From Candidatus Eiseniibacteriota bacterium (GTDB taxonomy: Bacteria; Eisenbacteria; RBG-16-71-46; CAVPCR01), in the NCBI GenBank assembly GCA_963823555.1, contig CAWGMA010000001.1, forward strand, positions 1,568,001 to 1,632,000: a stretch of DNA of 64,000 nucleotides. The letters run 5' to 3'. A model generated the notes under the pieces. That model was not told the origin of the DNA and did not search any database. It was given only the letters and a program-made list of their open reading frames with translations. Positions 44,098 through 53,956 of this stretch are shown here, in pieces. Each line of letters opens with the position of its first letter. Within the stretch, counting starts at the first letter, position 1. Made by a program: the position numbers and the translations under genes.

Positions 44098-46242
44098 GTG
44101 ATGCCCATGACTTCTCCGCGAAAGCCCCTGCGTTCGGCGCTGGCCGGAGGCCTCGTCGTCCTCGGTGTGACCGTGGTGGCGGCGGGTGTCGTCTTCACCC
44201 ACGCCCGCCGCGTCCTCTACCATTCGCGGGCATTCGCCAACGTCGCCGCCGCCAGTCTCGATGATCCCCGCGTCGCCGCCTTCGCCGGCGACCGCGCCGC
44301 CCAGGCGATCATCCAGCACGACCGCGATCTCACACCCTTCCGCCCTCTCCTGCGCGCCACGGCCCAGACGATCGCCGCCTCCGAGCCCTTCCGCGCCATC
44401 GTCCGCGCCTCCGTCGCCCGCGCCCACGCCGCCGCCATGGCCGAGAGCAGCCGCAGGATCGTCCTCTCCGTGCCCGACTTGAGCGTTCTCGTGCGGAGCG
44501 CCCTGGAGAAGGCGAGCCCGGAACTCGCCGCCAAGATCCCATCCCGGGTGGCGACACGTATCGAGGCGGACGAGTATCCCTCGGTCCAGGTGCTGCTCGA
44601 CATCTGGGCGCTCGGCCACAAGTTGCGCTGGCTCTCCGTGGCTGGAATCGCCGGCGGGATGGCGCTCATCGTCGGCGGCGTGCTCCTCGCCATGCGCCGC
44701 CCACGGATCCTGTTCATGACCGGTGTCGGCTTCGCCGTGGCGGCCGTCGTGCTCATGCTGGGCATCCCACTCGGTCGTTTCATTCTCTCCGCCCAGGCCG
44801 AGGACCCGCTCGTCGCTGGCCTGGTCGCCGGATTGTGGGATGCCCTCACGGCGGGAATCCGGCCGCTCGCTCTCCTCCTCGCCGCGATCGGTGTCATCCT
44901 CGCCTCGGCAACCCGCTCCATCTTCGAGCGCATCGAGCTGGTCGCGCAGGCACGCCGCTTCGTCGACTGGCTCGGACGACGACCCACGCGCGCGGCGCCG
45001 CAGCTCGGGCGCGCGCTGCTCCTCCTCGGGATCGGCGTCCTGGCCATGGCCAGCCCGAGCGATGCGGTCTCCATCTTCATCGTCCTGGGAGGCGCCGCCC
45101 TGGCCTTCATTGGACTCGGTGAGCTCTTCTCTCTGATCCTCCGCGCCCTACCCGAGGAAGAGGAAGTCCAGGCCGCGCTGGCAGGCGCCGGCTCGCGATG
45201 GCTACGCACATTCATCGTGGTCGGGCTCGCGCTCGCGCTCGGCAGCGGCGTCTTCCTCCTCGCCCAGCGGCACAGCGCACTCCCCGTGGCAGCGCTCGAT
45301 GCCTGCAACGGCGCCGCGGAACTATGCCAGCGCCCTCTGGATCAAGTGGTCTTCCCGGCAGCACACAATGCGATGTCTTCGGAAGACATTCCCAACTGGA
45401 TGTTTCCCCAGCAGGAGAAGGGAGCCCGCACCCAGCTCACCGACGGGATCCGCGCGCTCCTCATCGATGCGCACTATGGGCGGCCGGTAGGCGATGGGGT
45501 GAAGACCGACATTGAGCGCGAGCGCGGATCCGAAGAGAAGTACGCCGAGGCGATCGGCGAGGAAGGAGTCGCGGCGGCGATGCGGATTCGCGATCGCCTC
45601 GTCGGCCTCGACGAGGGTCCGCTCGGCGTCTATCTGTGTCACGGCTTCTGTGAGCTGGGAGCCATCCCCCTCGTCGAGATGCTGCACACCCTCCATCAGT
45701 TCCTGGTCGAGAACCCGAACGAGGTCGTGCTCGTGGTCGTCGAGGATTACGTCGCCCCGGAGGATCTGCTCGCGGCCTTCGAGGAGAGCGGCCTCGCCGA
45801 ACTGGCCTACAAGGGAGCGGTGACACCGCCATGGCCGACGCTCCGCGAGATGATCGACACCGCTGGGAGACTCGTCGTGTTCACCGAGTCCGGGCGCTCC
45901 GCCGCGCCCTGGATTCACCCGGCCTTCGAGACCATCCAGGAAACCCCCTATACATTTCACCAGCCGGGGGAATTCTCCTGCGCTCCGAACCGCGGCGGGA
46001 CCCGTGGCTCCCTCTTCCAGATCAACCACTGGATCGACACCGCACCGACCCCTTTGCCCAAGAACGCCGCCATCGTCAACGCCTTTGACTTTCTCCTTGC
46101 CCGGGCGCGGAAGTGTGAGACGGAGCGCGGTCAGCTTCCCAACATCGTGGCCGTCGACTTCTATCGCACCGGGGATCTCTTCCGCGTGGTCCGCGCATTG
46201 AATGGCCTGGAAGAGCCGGCGCCTGCGGCCGGCGAGCGCTAG
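44098..46242 (+). CDS. Polytopic membrane protein with a C-terminal PI-PLC-like phosphodiesterase domain
   Basis: About 8 TM segments, then CNG..LC..AAHNAMS, QL.DGIR, LCHGFC and PNIVAVDFY. Confidence 0.75.
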   Translation: MMPMTSPRKPLRSALAGGLVVLGVTVVAAGVVFTHARRVLYHSRAFANVAAASLDDPRVAAFAGDRAAQAIIQHDRDLTPFRPLLRATAQTIAASEPFRAIVRASVARAHAAAMAESSRRIVLSVPDLSVLVRSALEKASPELAAKIPSRVATRIEADEYPSVQVLLDIWALGHKLRWLSVAGIAGGMALIVGGVLLAMRRPRILFMTGVGFAVAAVVLMLGIPLGRFILSAQAEDPLVAGLVAGLWDALTAGIRPLALLLAAIGVILASATRSIFERIELVAQARRFVDWLGRRPTRAAPQLGRALLLLGIGVLAMASPSDAVSIFIVLGGAALAFIGLGELFSLILRALPEEEEVQAALAGAGSRWLRTFIVVGLALALGSGVFLLAQRHSALPVAALDACNGAAELCQRPLDQVVFPAAHNAMSSEDIPNWMFPQQEKGARTQLTDGIRALLIDAHYGRPVGDGVKTDIERERGSEEKYAEAIGEEGVAAAMRIRDRLVGLDEGPLGVYLCHGFCELGAIPLVEMLHTLHQFLVENPNEVVLVVVEDYVAPEDLLAAFEESGLAELAYKGAVTPPWPTLREMIDTAGRLVVFTESGRSAAPWIHPAFETIQETPYTFHQPGEFSCAPNRGGTRGSLFQINHWIDTAPTPLPKNAAIVNAFDFLLARARKCETERGQLPNIVAVDFYRTGDLFRVVRALNGLEEPAPAAGER

Positions 46243-46296
46243 CGCTCGCCAGCGGGAGCGCGCAGGCACCAAGGACTGCGGTCGCGCAACCGCCGG

Positions 46297-47217
46297 CTAT
46301 CGCGTCGGCGGTCGGGCCCCCACCTCGGCCAGGAGACCATCACCAACGAGGCTCCGGACGATCTCGGCCTCCGTCCCCGCTTCAGCACCGAGTTCCCGCG
46401 CTCTCGCGGCCAGCCCCTCCCGCGGCACCGGCTCTTCCGCGGCAGCCAGCAAGTGGAAGAGCTCGGCGGTGATCGTGGCATAGACAACCTGCTTGTCCAT
46501 CGCGTCGCCGTCATCGAGTGCGCTTGGCTCGACGAGCACGTGCTCGGACGCATCGGGCGCGAGATCGAGCAGGACGGGAAGGGACCAGCGTGCATCCAGC
46601 AGTGATTGGAGGGCGGTGCGGCCGCGAGCCACGAGCGCCCGACTGATCCGATCGTGGAGCTGCGTCGTCCCTGATGGCAGTTCCAGAATTTTCGCCCACG
46701 GAGCCAGCTGAAGGGCGCTGGATGGATCGGCTACCGCTCTCGAGGTTGCCACGAGACTTCGCGCACCCGCCCTCCGCACGCGTGCGATCGCCGTCTCGAG
46801 CCGCACCAGTGGTGCGACGCGCGCGTCGGCCCTGATGCCGCCGTGCACCTCCGCGGCCAGGTACTCGGCGAACGCGAAGACCATGGATTCCCCGTCCCGA
46901 ACCGAGCGATGAAAGTTCCCGCTCGAGAAGAACGCATCCAGAAGCTCCGTCTCGGGGCGCCGGGGCCCCTCACGCCCGCGCCGGAGCACGAAGGCGGCGG
47001 CGGTGGGGAACTCCTCCATGAGCACCCCGAGGGAGCGCGAGCGGCGCCAGGGATCGGTGCGATAGGCTCGAGGATCCGGGGCCACGAGCCAGGATGCTTC
47101 GACCGCTGTGATCTCTTCGCCGGCGAGGGCCGCTCTCGTGTCTTCATAGATGGCCCGGGCGAAGCTCTCGTCATAGAGCATCCGCACCATGACGCGATAC
47201 AGATCTCTCGTGCTCAT
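46297..47217 (-). CDS. Probable MNIO partner protein (DUF2063/RRE-like)
   Basis: 25 bp downstream of DUF692; L..EFP, FAEYL, L.RLE.A pattern and a C-terminal winged-helix-like end (SLVGDGLL). Confidence 0.6.
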   Translation of the reverse strand: MSTRDLYRVMVRMLYDESFARAIYEDTRAALAGEEITAVEASWLVAPDPRAYRTDPWRRSRSLGVLMEEFPTAAAFVLRRGREGPRRPETELLDAFFSSGNFHRSVRDGESMVFAFAEYLAAEVHGGIRADARVAPLVRLETAIARVRRAGARSLVATSRAVADPSSALQLAPWAKILELPSGTTQLHDRISRALVARGRTALQSLLDARWSLPVLLDLAPDASEHVLVEPSALDDGDAMDKQVVYATITAELFHLLAAAEEPVPREGLAARARELGAEAGTEAEIVRSLVGDGLLAEVGARPPTR

Positions 47218-47242
47218 GATGGCACCCTGCGCCGAATCCGCA

Positions 47243-48130
47243 TCAACCGCTCATTTTCTCCGCAAGCACCGAGTCGCGGAGCACACGAGCGATTCGCTCG
47301 AACGCAGGCACGTTGGCTGCGAGAGGATTCCGCTCGCACTCGAAAACCACCGCCCGCAGATTACCGGCGCGTGGTGCCACATGCTCCAGGATCGACCAGG
47401 TGTCGTCCAGCACTTCCGGCTTGTGATCGTCCTCGACGAACGGGAAGCCGGCATGCTCCCTCTCCGTGCCCCCGGCGACGTGAAGCTCGACGACGCGCTC
47501 GAGCGGAAAGCGATCGAGACCGTCGAGCGGGCCGCGTCCCTGCATGCGCTGGTAGATGGCCAGGTGAGCGCAATCGAGGACCAGGCCGGTGTCGGCCTCT
47601 TCGCTCAACCGGGCGAAGAAGTCGAGCAGATGGAGGTCGCCGACAAAGACGTGTCCGGGCGGGTTCTCAGGCAAGACCTCCCGACCGACAGCGGCCCGCA
47701 GGCGGCGAATGCCCGCAGCCATCGAGGTCGCCGATTGCGCGCTCAGGATCGGCGGCAGGAGCAGCATGTGTCCGCGTTCACGCCGCCCGAAATGCCAGAG
47801 GCCGGCATCGCCACAAATCCAGGCCGGCTGGAGAGTGGCGGCGATCCCGCGCACGGCATCGAGCCACTCCGCGGCGAAATCCTCCTCGTCGTCGAGGTTC
47901 AGATCAAGGAAGTGATAGGTGGTGGGCAGACCGTGCTCCGCCCACGTTCGGGCCGCACGGTCGAGCCCCTTGACGGTCTCGACGCCAACCTCGAGAAAGG
48001 CCGCCCACTCCGGATGAGCGTAGCAGAGCGCATTCAGATCGAGCGCGTCCACGCTTTGCGCGGCGCCGAACTCGGTCGAAACACCGAGTCCCAGGAGCGG
48101 TAACGCCTCGACCCTACGACGGAAGTCCAT
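47243..48130 (-). CDS. DUF692 multinuclear non-heme iron oxidative enzyme (MNIO)
   Basis: GLG, FLE, YH, LLPP, ENPP, LVLDCAH, FPLERVVELHVAGG, DDH and FECE, in family order. Confidence 0.85.
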   Translation of the reverse strand: MDFRRRVEALPLLGLGVSTEFGAAQSVDALDLNALCYAHPEWAAFLEVGVETVKGLDRAARTWAEHGLPTTYHFLDLNLDDEEDFAAEWLDAVRGIAATLQPAWICGDAGLWHFGRRERGHMLLLPPILSAQSATSMAAGIRRLRAAVGREVLPENPPGHVFVGDLHLLDFFARLSEEADTGLVLDCAHLAIYQRMQGRGPLDGLDRFPLERVVELHVAGGTEREHAGFPFVEDDHKPEVLDDTWSILEHVAPRAGNLRAVVFECERNPLAANVPAFERIARVLRDSVLAEKMSG

Positions 48131-48277
48131 TTCTCGATGTCTCCGTGGTGCTCTCACGCCTGGAATGAGCTCTGGTCGCGTCCGCGTCAGCCGCCGCGCC
48201 GAGCCCGGGTCCTGCGGCCGCCTGAACGCACGCGCTCCATCGGGGCGCGCCCGGAATGATAGTGTACGCTCTCAGCC

Positions 48278-50128
48278 ATGCGTGGGAGTACGCGATCATC
48301 AGACCCCGACGGTCTTCCCCCTTCCAGGCGGCCACCGTCTCCGGTAGCCCGCACGCCGCTACTCATCCTCGCCATCCTCCTCATGGGATGGCTCGCCTAC
48401 GGTCGCTCCCCCCATGTTGCGTTTCAACTCGACGACTTCCCAGCGGTCGTCGAGAACCCGGCACTGACTGCCCCCGTCACCCTCGCAGGTCTCCTGAAGC
48501 CATCGGCGGCGGGCGCGGACTATGTGCGCCCCGTCCTCTTCCTCGGCTATCGCGCCACCGAGGCTCTGGCTCACCGCGGATCCGGTGTGCCGAATCTGGC
48601 CCGGCGCTCGGCGGCACATCACCTCGGGAACCTCCTGCTCCACCTTGCCAGTGCGCTCCTCGTGCTGGCCCTCGGCCGCACGCTCGAGGACCGGATCGGG
48701 CAACGGACCTGGGCCCCGGGGCTCGCCGCCCTCCTCTTCGCGGTGCATCCCGCGCTCTCCCAGGGCGTCTACTATGTCGCCGCCAGGAGTTCCGTGCAGC
48801 TGACGACACTGGCCCTGATCGCGGTCTCCCTCGCTCTCCACCGCCCGCAGATGAAAGCGGCATCGATCACGGCGCTCGTTGCCACGGCGCTCGCCCTCCT
48901 GACCAAGGAGCCTGCGCTCGCGATCCCGGCGCTCATCCTCGTTGTCGGGCGACTCACCGATTCCCAGCGCCAGTGGCCGCTTCGACTCGCCGCCCCCCAC
49001 TTCCTTCTCGCTGCGGCCGCCCTCGTGCTCTTGCTCTCTCGCTCGGCTGCGCACTTCCAGCCTCCTCTCATCGATTTTGCGCTGATGCAGGTGCGCGCCG
49101 TGTTCCGTTACGCCCAGCTTCTCGTCTGGCCGCATGGGCTCAGCGTGGACTATGGCTGGGTGCCGCCACCCGCGGCCGCTTACTGGCCCCTGAGTCGAGA
49201 CTTCAGCGGCGGCGACTTCCGCGCCCTGGTGGTCGCCGCCGTGCTTCTCACCCTTCTGCTACTCCTCGCGCTCGCTGCGGGACGCCACCGAGCGCTCGCC
49301 GCCGCCGGGACCGCCTGGTTCGTGATCGCCCTCCTACCCACCTCGAGCCTGTTCCCGATCCGCGATCCCATCTTCGAGCATCACTTGATCTTCGCCGCAC
49401 CCGGGTTCTTCCTTGCACTTGCCGATGCCATCGCCGCGGGGGCTACCGCAATCCACCGCCGTTGTCCGCGCCTGGTCTCCATCATTCCACCGCTGGGCGC
49501 TCTCATCCTCATCGTTCTCGCGCTCCAGGCTCGCGACCGCAGCCATGCCTGGGAGAGCGAGCAGGCGCTCTGGGCGGACACGCTGGCCAAGCAACCGCAG
49601 AACCCGCGTGCGGCCTTCAACCTCGCGGCGGCGATCACGACCGAGCTCGCGACCACACGAGACGCCACCGAGCGCGCGGCGAGACGCGCCCGAGCCGAGG
49701 CGCTCTATCGCCGCACGCTCGCACTCCATCCTGAACACGCCTATGGCTACGAGCTCCGCGCCTATGCCTACACCAACCTGGGCTATCTCTACCTCGATGC
49801 AGCGCGCAGTCCCGATGCACTCCCGGCGCAAGCCAAGGCCGATCGGGATCGCGCCATCGCCGTTCTCGATACCGCCATCACCTTCCCGGTGCGGGCTGGC
49901 GCCGCGGAGGTTCCCTATCCCCTCGCCTACGAGAACCTGGGGCGGGCACTCATCGAACGAGCCGTGGCTCGTCGCCACGAGTCCGATCCGCATGCCATCG
50001 CCGACGCCGAACGCGCCCGCACCGCCTTTGTGGTCGAGCGCGAGCTTGCCCCCGGCCCCGAGGTCGAGCGCCGTCTCGCCGCGACCGAAGCCCTTCTCCG
50101 TGAGCTCGCCGCGCCCCCCGCACCCTGA
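48278..50128 (+). CDS. TMTC-like (DUF1736) membrane glycosyltransferase with TPR tail
   Basis: FQLDD..VVENP, NLLLH, LFAVHP, TKE, LLVWP.GLS.DY, W.SE.ALW.D; TPRs. Confidence 0.75.
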   Translation: MRGSTRSSDPDGLPPSRRPPSPVARTPLLILAILLMGWLAYGRSPHVAFQLDDFPAVVENPALTAPVTLAGLLKPSAAGADYVRPVLFLGYRATEALAHRGSGVPNLARRSAAHHLGNLLLHLASALLVLALGRTLEDRIGQRTWAPGLAALLFAVHPALSQGVYYVAARSSVQLTTLALIAVSLALHRPQMKAASITALVATALALLTKEPALAIPALILVVGRLTDSQRQWPLRLAAPHFLLAAAALVLLLSRSAAHFQPPLIDFALMQVRAVFRYAQLLVWPHGLSVDYGWVPPPAAAYWPLSRDFSGGDFRALVVAAVLLTLLLLLALAAGRHRALAAAGTAWFVIALLPTSSLFPIRDPIFEHHLIFAAPGFFLALADAIAAGATAIHRRCPRLVSIIPPLGALILIVLALQARDRSHAWESEQALWADTLAKQPQNPRAAFNLAAAITTELATTRDATERAARRARAEALYRRTLALHPEHAYGYELRAYAYTNLGYLYLDAARSPDALPAQAKADRDRAIAVLDTAITFPVRAGAAEVPYPLAYENLGRALIERAVARRHESDPHAIADAERARTAFVVERELAPGPEVERRLAATEALLRELAAPPAP

Positions 50129-50167
50129 TCACACCGCCCCTCGACACCAGGCTGCGCGCCGGCCGCA

Positions 50168-50196
50168 TTGACCCGGCGCACCGCCCGCGCTAACAT
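50168..50196 (+). promoter_or_regulatory. Putative sigma70 promoter of the pcc/mcm operon
   Basis: TTGACC-17 bp-TAACAT. Confidence 0.6.
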
Positions 50197-50240
50197 CGCA
50201 GGCCGTCATTGCTTGCCGTTCAGGCAACAAGGAGACCAGG

Positions 50241-51878
50241 ATGCAGGACCCCGGGCGCACCTCGCGCAACAAGGCATCAACGACTGCCGGTGCCGCCGCG
50301 CCGCCGCAGAACCACCACACCAAGCCACGTACCACCGCCTCGAAGATCCAGGAGCTCGCCGCGCGCAAGGCCCAGGTGCTCCTCGGCGGCGGCCGCGAGC
50401 GCATCGCATCCGAGCACAAGAAAGGCAAGCTCACCGCCCGCGAGCGCATCGCGCTCCTCCTCGACCCCGGCACGTTCACCGAGACCGGGGTCTTCGTCAC
50501 CCATCGCTGCACCGATTTCGACATGGAGCGCCGCCGCATCCCCGGCGATGGGGTCGTCTCCGGTTACGGACGCATCGACGGCCGGCTCGTGTTCGTCTTC
50601 GCCCAGGACTTCACCGTCTTCGGCGGCACCCTCTCCGAGGCCAATGCCCAGAAGATCTGCAACATCATGGACCGCGCCATGGAGAACGGCGCACCGGTGA
50701 TCGGCCTCAACGACTCGGGCGGCGCCCGGATCCAGGAAGGAGTGCAGTCCCTCGGCGGCTATGCCGACATCTTCCTCCGCAACACGCTCGCCTCCGGCGT
50801 CGTTCCCCAGATCTCGGCGGTCATGGGCCCCTGCGCCGGCGGCGCCGTCTACTCCCCCGCCATCACCGACTTCACGATCATGGTCAAGGAGACGAGCCAC
50901 ATGTTCGTCACCGGCCCGGACGTCATCAAGGCGGTGACGAACGAGGAGGTGACGTTCGAGGAGCTGGGCGGAGCGATGACCCACAACACGAAGAGCGGGG
51001 TCGCCCACTTCGCCACCGACGACGAAGAGGACTGCATCCGCCTCATTCGCCGCCTCGTGGGGTTCATCCCCCAGAACAACGTCGATGACCCGCCGCGCGT
51101 GAAGCCCAGCGATGACCCCAATCGCATGGATATCGAGCTCAATGCGATCGTCCCCGACGAGCCGAACCGCCCCTACGACATGAAGGACGTCGTTCGCCGC
51201 GTGGTCGACGACGGCGACTTCCTCGAGGTGCACGAGCACTACGCTCGGAACATCATCGTCGGCTTCGCCCGCCTCGACGGCCGCCCGGTGGGCATCGTCG
51301 GCAATCAGCCGAACGTGCTGGCCGGCGTCCTCGACAACGACTCCTCGATCAAGGGCGCTCGCTTCGTCCGCTTCTGCGACGCTTTCAACATCCCGATCGT
51401 CACCTTCGAGGACGTGCCCGGCTTCCTGCCCGGCACGGCCCAGGAATGGGGCGGCATCATCAAGAACGGCGCCAAGCTCCTCTACGCCTACTGCGAGGCC
51501 ACGGTCCCCAAGCTCACGGTCGTCGTGCGCAAGGCCTACGGCGGCGCCTATGACGTCATGTCCTCGAAGCACGTCCGCGGCGACTACAACATCGCCTGGC
51601 CGACCGCCGAGCTCGCGGTCATGGGCGCCGAGGGCGCGGTCAAGATCATCTTCCGCAAGGAGCTCGGCGAATCCGCCGATCCCGCCCGCCGCCAGCGCGA
51701 GCTCGTCGAGGACTACAACACCAAGTTCGCCAATCCCTACATCGCCGCCGAGCTGGGCTACCTCGACGACGTGATCGAACCGCGGGAGACGCGCCCACGT
51801 CTGATCTCGGCGCTGGCCATGCTCGAATCGAAGACCCAGGCCCTGCCGGCGAAGAAGCACGGCAACCTCCCTCTCTAG
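50241..51878 (+). CDS. pccB: Propionyl-/acyl-CoA carboxylase carboxyltransferase subunit
   Basis: [39 protein letters not shown] and KKHGNLPL. Confidence 0.95.
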   Translation: MQDPGRTSRNKASTTAGAAAPPQNHHTKPRTTASKIQELAARKAQVLLGGGRERIASEHKKGKLTARERIALLLDPGTFTETGVFVTHRCTDFDMERRRIPGDGVVSGYGRIDGRLVFVFAQDFTVFGGTLSEANAQKICNIMDRAMENGAPVIGLNDSGGARIQEGVQSLGGYADIFLRNTLASGVVPQISAVMGPCAGGAVYSPAITDFTIMVKETSHMFVTGPDVIKAVTNEEVTFEELGGAMTHNTKSGVAHFATDDEEDCIRLIRRLVGFIPQNNVDDPPRVKPSDDPNRMDIELNAIVPDEPNRPYDMKDVVRRVVDDGDFLEVHEHYARNIIVGFARLDGRPVGIVGNQPNVLAGVLDNDSSIKGARFVRFCDAFNIPIVTFEDVPGFLPGTAQEWGGIIKNGAKLLYAYCEATVPKLTVVVRKAYGGAYDVMSSKHVRGDYNIAWPTAELAVMGAEGAVKIIFRKELGESADPARRQRELVEDYNTKFANPYIAAELGYLDDVIEPRETRPRLISALAMLESKTQALPAKKHGNLPL

Positions 51879-51888
51879 GACTGCCACC

Positions 51889-53397
51889 ATGCCCATCCGC
51901 AAAGTCTTGATCGCCAACCGGGGTGAGATCGCGGTCCGCGTGATGCGTGCCGTCCGCGAGCTCGGCATGACCTCGGTCGCCGTCTACTCCGAGGCCGATC
52001 GCGTCAGCATGCATGTTCGCCTCGCTGACGAGGCCGTACTCATCGGACCCCCGCCGGCCGGCGAGAGCTACCTCCGCATCGATCGCCTGCTCGAGGCGGC
52101 GGAGCGCACCGGCGCCGATGCCATCCATCCGGGCTACGGATTCCTCGCCGAGAACGCGACCTTCGCCCGCGAGGTGGTGCGCGCCGGCCTCACCTTCATC
52201 GGACCGTCCGGCCGCACCATGGAACTCATGGGGAACAAGCTCCAGGCCCGGGCCACCGCCGCCCGCATCGGGGTGCCGGTGATCCCGGGCTCGCCCGCGC
52301 TCGCCGACCCGGCAGCCGCCCGCGCTGCCGCCGAGAAGATCGGCTTCCCGGTGATGCTCAAGGCCGCCGCCGGCGGGGGCGGCAAGGGCATGCGCATCGT
52401 GCGCAGCGGCGACGAGCTCGAGCGCGCGCTCGCGCTCACCCGCGGCGAGGCGGCATCAGCGTTCGGGGACGATGAGGTCTATCTCGAGAAGCTGATCGAG
52501 CATCCGCACCACGTGGAGATCCAGATCCTCTGCGACACGCAGGGCAATGCGGTCTATCTCGGTGAGCGCGACTGCTCGATCCAGCGCCGCCATCAGAAGC
52601 TCGTCGAAGAGACCCCATCCCCGTTGATCGATGAAGAGACGCGACAGGCCATGGGCGCAGCCGCGCTCAAGCTGGCGCGTGAGGTGGGCTACGTGAACGC
52701 CGGGACGGTCGAGTTCATGGTCGATGCGGAACGGCGCTTCTACTTTCTCGAGATGAACACCCGGCTCCAGGTCGAGCACCCGGTCACCGAGATGGTGACC
52801 GGCCTCGACATCGTGCACGAGCAGCTCGCCGTGGCCGAGGGAAAACCCATCACCATCGACCAGGGCAAGGTCCACGCGCGCGGCGCGGCGATCGAGTGCC
52901 GGATCTCCGCCGAGGACCCCGCCAACGATTTCCTGCCGTCGCTCGGCACCATCACCCGCTTGCGCTTTCCCTCCGGCCCCGGTGTCCGCAACGACGCCGG
53001 CATCTACCCCGGCTTCGAGATCCCGATCTACTACGATCCGCTGCTGGCCAAGCTCATCGTCTGGGGTCGCAATCGAGAGGAAGCCCGCCGGCGTCTCGAC
53101 CGCGCCCTCGGCGAGTACGTGATCGAAGGGCTCCGTACCAACCTGCCCTTTCATCGCTGGATCGTTCGCCATCCGCGCTTCGCCGCGGGCGAGTACGACA
53201 CGGGCTTCATCGGTGAGGAGTGGAAGGGTGCGATCCCGGGCAGCGCGGATGAGGAGGCTCTGGCCATCATCGCCTCCGCCGTGCAAGCGATGGAAGACCG
53301 CCGCCGAACGGCGACCGCGCCGATCGCCACCACGGCGAACGGTGGGAACATGAGCCGCTGGCGGTTCCGCACGCGCGCCGCGCGCGGTGCGGTCTAG
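51889..53397 (+). CDS. accC: Biotin carboxylase subunit
   Basis: IANRGEIA, HPGYGFLAEN, GGGGKGMR, RDCSIQRRHQK and EMNTRLQVEH. Confidence 0.95.
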   Translation: MPIRKVLIANRGEIAVRVMRAVRELGMTSVAVYSEADRVSMHVRLADEAVLIGPPPAGESYLRIDRLLEAAERTGADAIHPGYGFLAENATFAREVVRAGLTFIGPSGRTMELMGNKLQARATAARIGVPVIPGSPALADPAAARAAAEKIGFPVMLKAAAGGGGKGMRIVRSGDELERALALTRGEAASAFGDDEVYLEKLIEHPHHVEIQILCDTQGNAVYLGERDCSIQRRHQKLVEETPSPLIDEETRQAMGAAALKLAREVGYVNAGTVEFMVDAERRFYFLEMNTRLQVEHPVTEMVTGLDIVHEQLAVAEGKPITIDQGKVHARGAAIECRISAEDPANDFLPSLGTITRLRFPSGPGVRNDAGIYPGFEIPIYYDPLLAKLIVWGRNREEARRRLDRALGEYVIEGLRTNLPFHRWIVRHPRFAAGEYDTGFIGEEWKGAIPGSADEEALAIIASAVQAMEDRRRTATAPIATTANGGNMSRWRFRTRAARGAV

Positions 53398-53414
53398 GCG
53401 AGAGAGGCCATCCC

Positions 53415-53933
53415 ATGGATTATCGAATCACCATCGGCGATCGCGATGAGAAGGTCCGCATCGAGGAGCAGAACGGCCACTACATCGTCTCGATCGGTGA
53501 GAAGACCTATCAAGTCGATGCCGTCCGGCTGGGAGGCAGCTCGACCCTTTCTCTGCTGATCGACGGACGCTCGGCCGAGGCCGAGATGGTCGCCCTCGAC
53601 GAGGGCTATCTCGTGCATTTGCGCACGCGCTCGATCGAGGTCGAGGTCCAGAACGAGGTGCTGGCCGGCGCCGGAACCCGGCGCCGCAAGGCTCAAGCCT
53701 CCGGCATGCTCGAGGTGGCCAGTCCCATGCCCGGGCTCGTCATCGAGATCAAGGCCCAGCCGGGAGAACGCGTCGCGGCCGGCCAACCGCTCGTCATCGT
53801 CGAGGCCATGAAGATGCGCAACGAGTTCGCCGCACACGCCCCGGCCGTGGTCAAGGAAATCAAGATCAAGCCCGGCCAGACGGTGACCGGCGGTCAGGTG
53901 CTGATGACGCTGGAAGCGATCAGCGAGGGCTAG
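53415..53933 (+). CDS. Biotin carboxyl carrier protein
   Basis: SPMPG and EAMKM biotinylation motif. Confidence 0.93.
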   Translation: MDYRITIGDRDEKVRIEEQNGHYIVSIGEKTYQVDAVRLGGSSTLSLLIDGRSAEAEMVALDEGYLVHLRTRSIEVEVQNEVLAGAGTRRRKAQASGMLEVASPMPGLVIEIKAQPGERVAAGQPLVIVEAMKMRNEFAAHAPAVVKEIKIKPGQTVTGGQVLMTLEAISEG

Positions 53934-53956
53934 TTGCCCTCCGGCGAGGACGAGCC

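Noticed and set aside
48114..48384. Small minus-strand ORFs as the MNIO precursor; SAH-riboswitch-like sequence
   Set aside because: The ORFs overlap the TMTC-like start, lack a clear RBS, signal peptide or repeated Cys motif; the riboswitch resemblance lacks the 3' pseudoknot partner.
50277..51968. 563-aa minus-strand ORF
   Set aside because: Antisense shadow of pccB caused by high GC3 codon bias.
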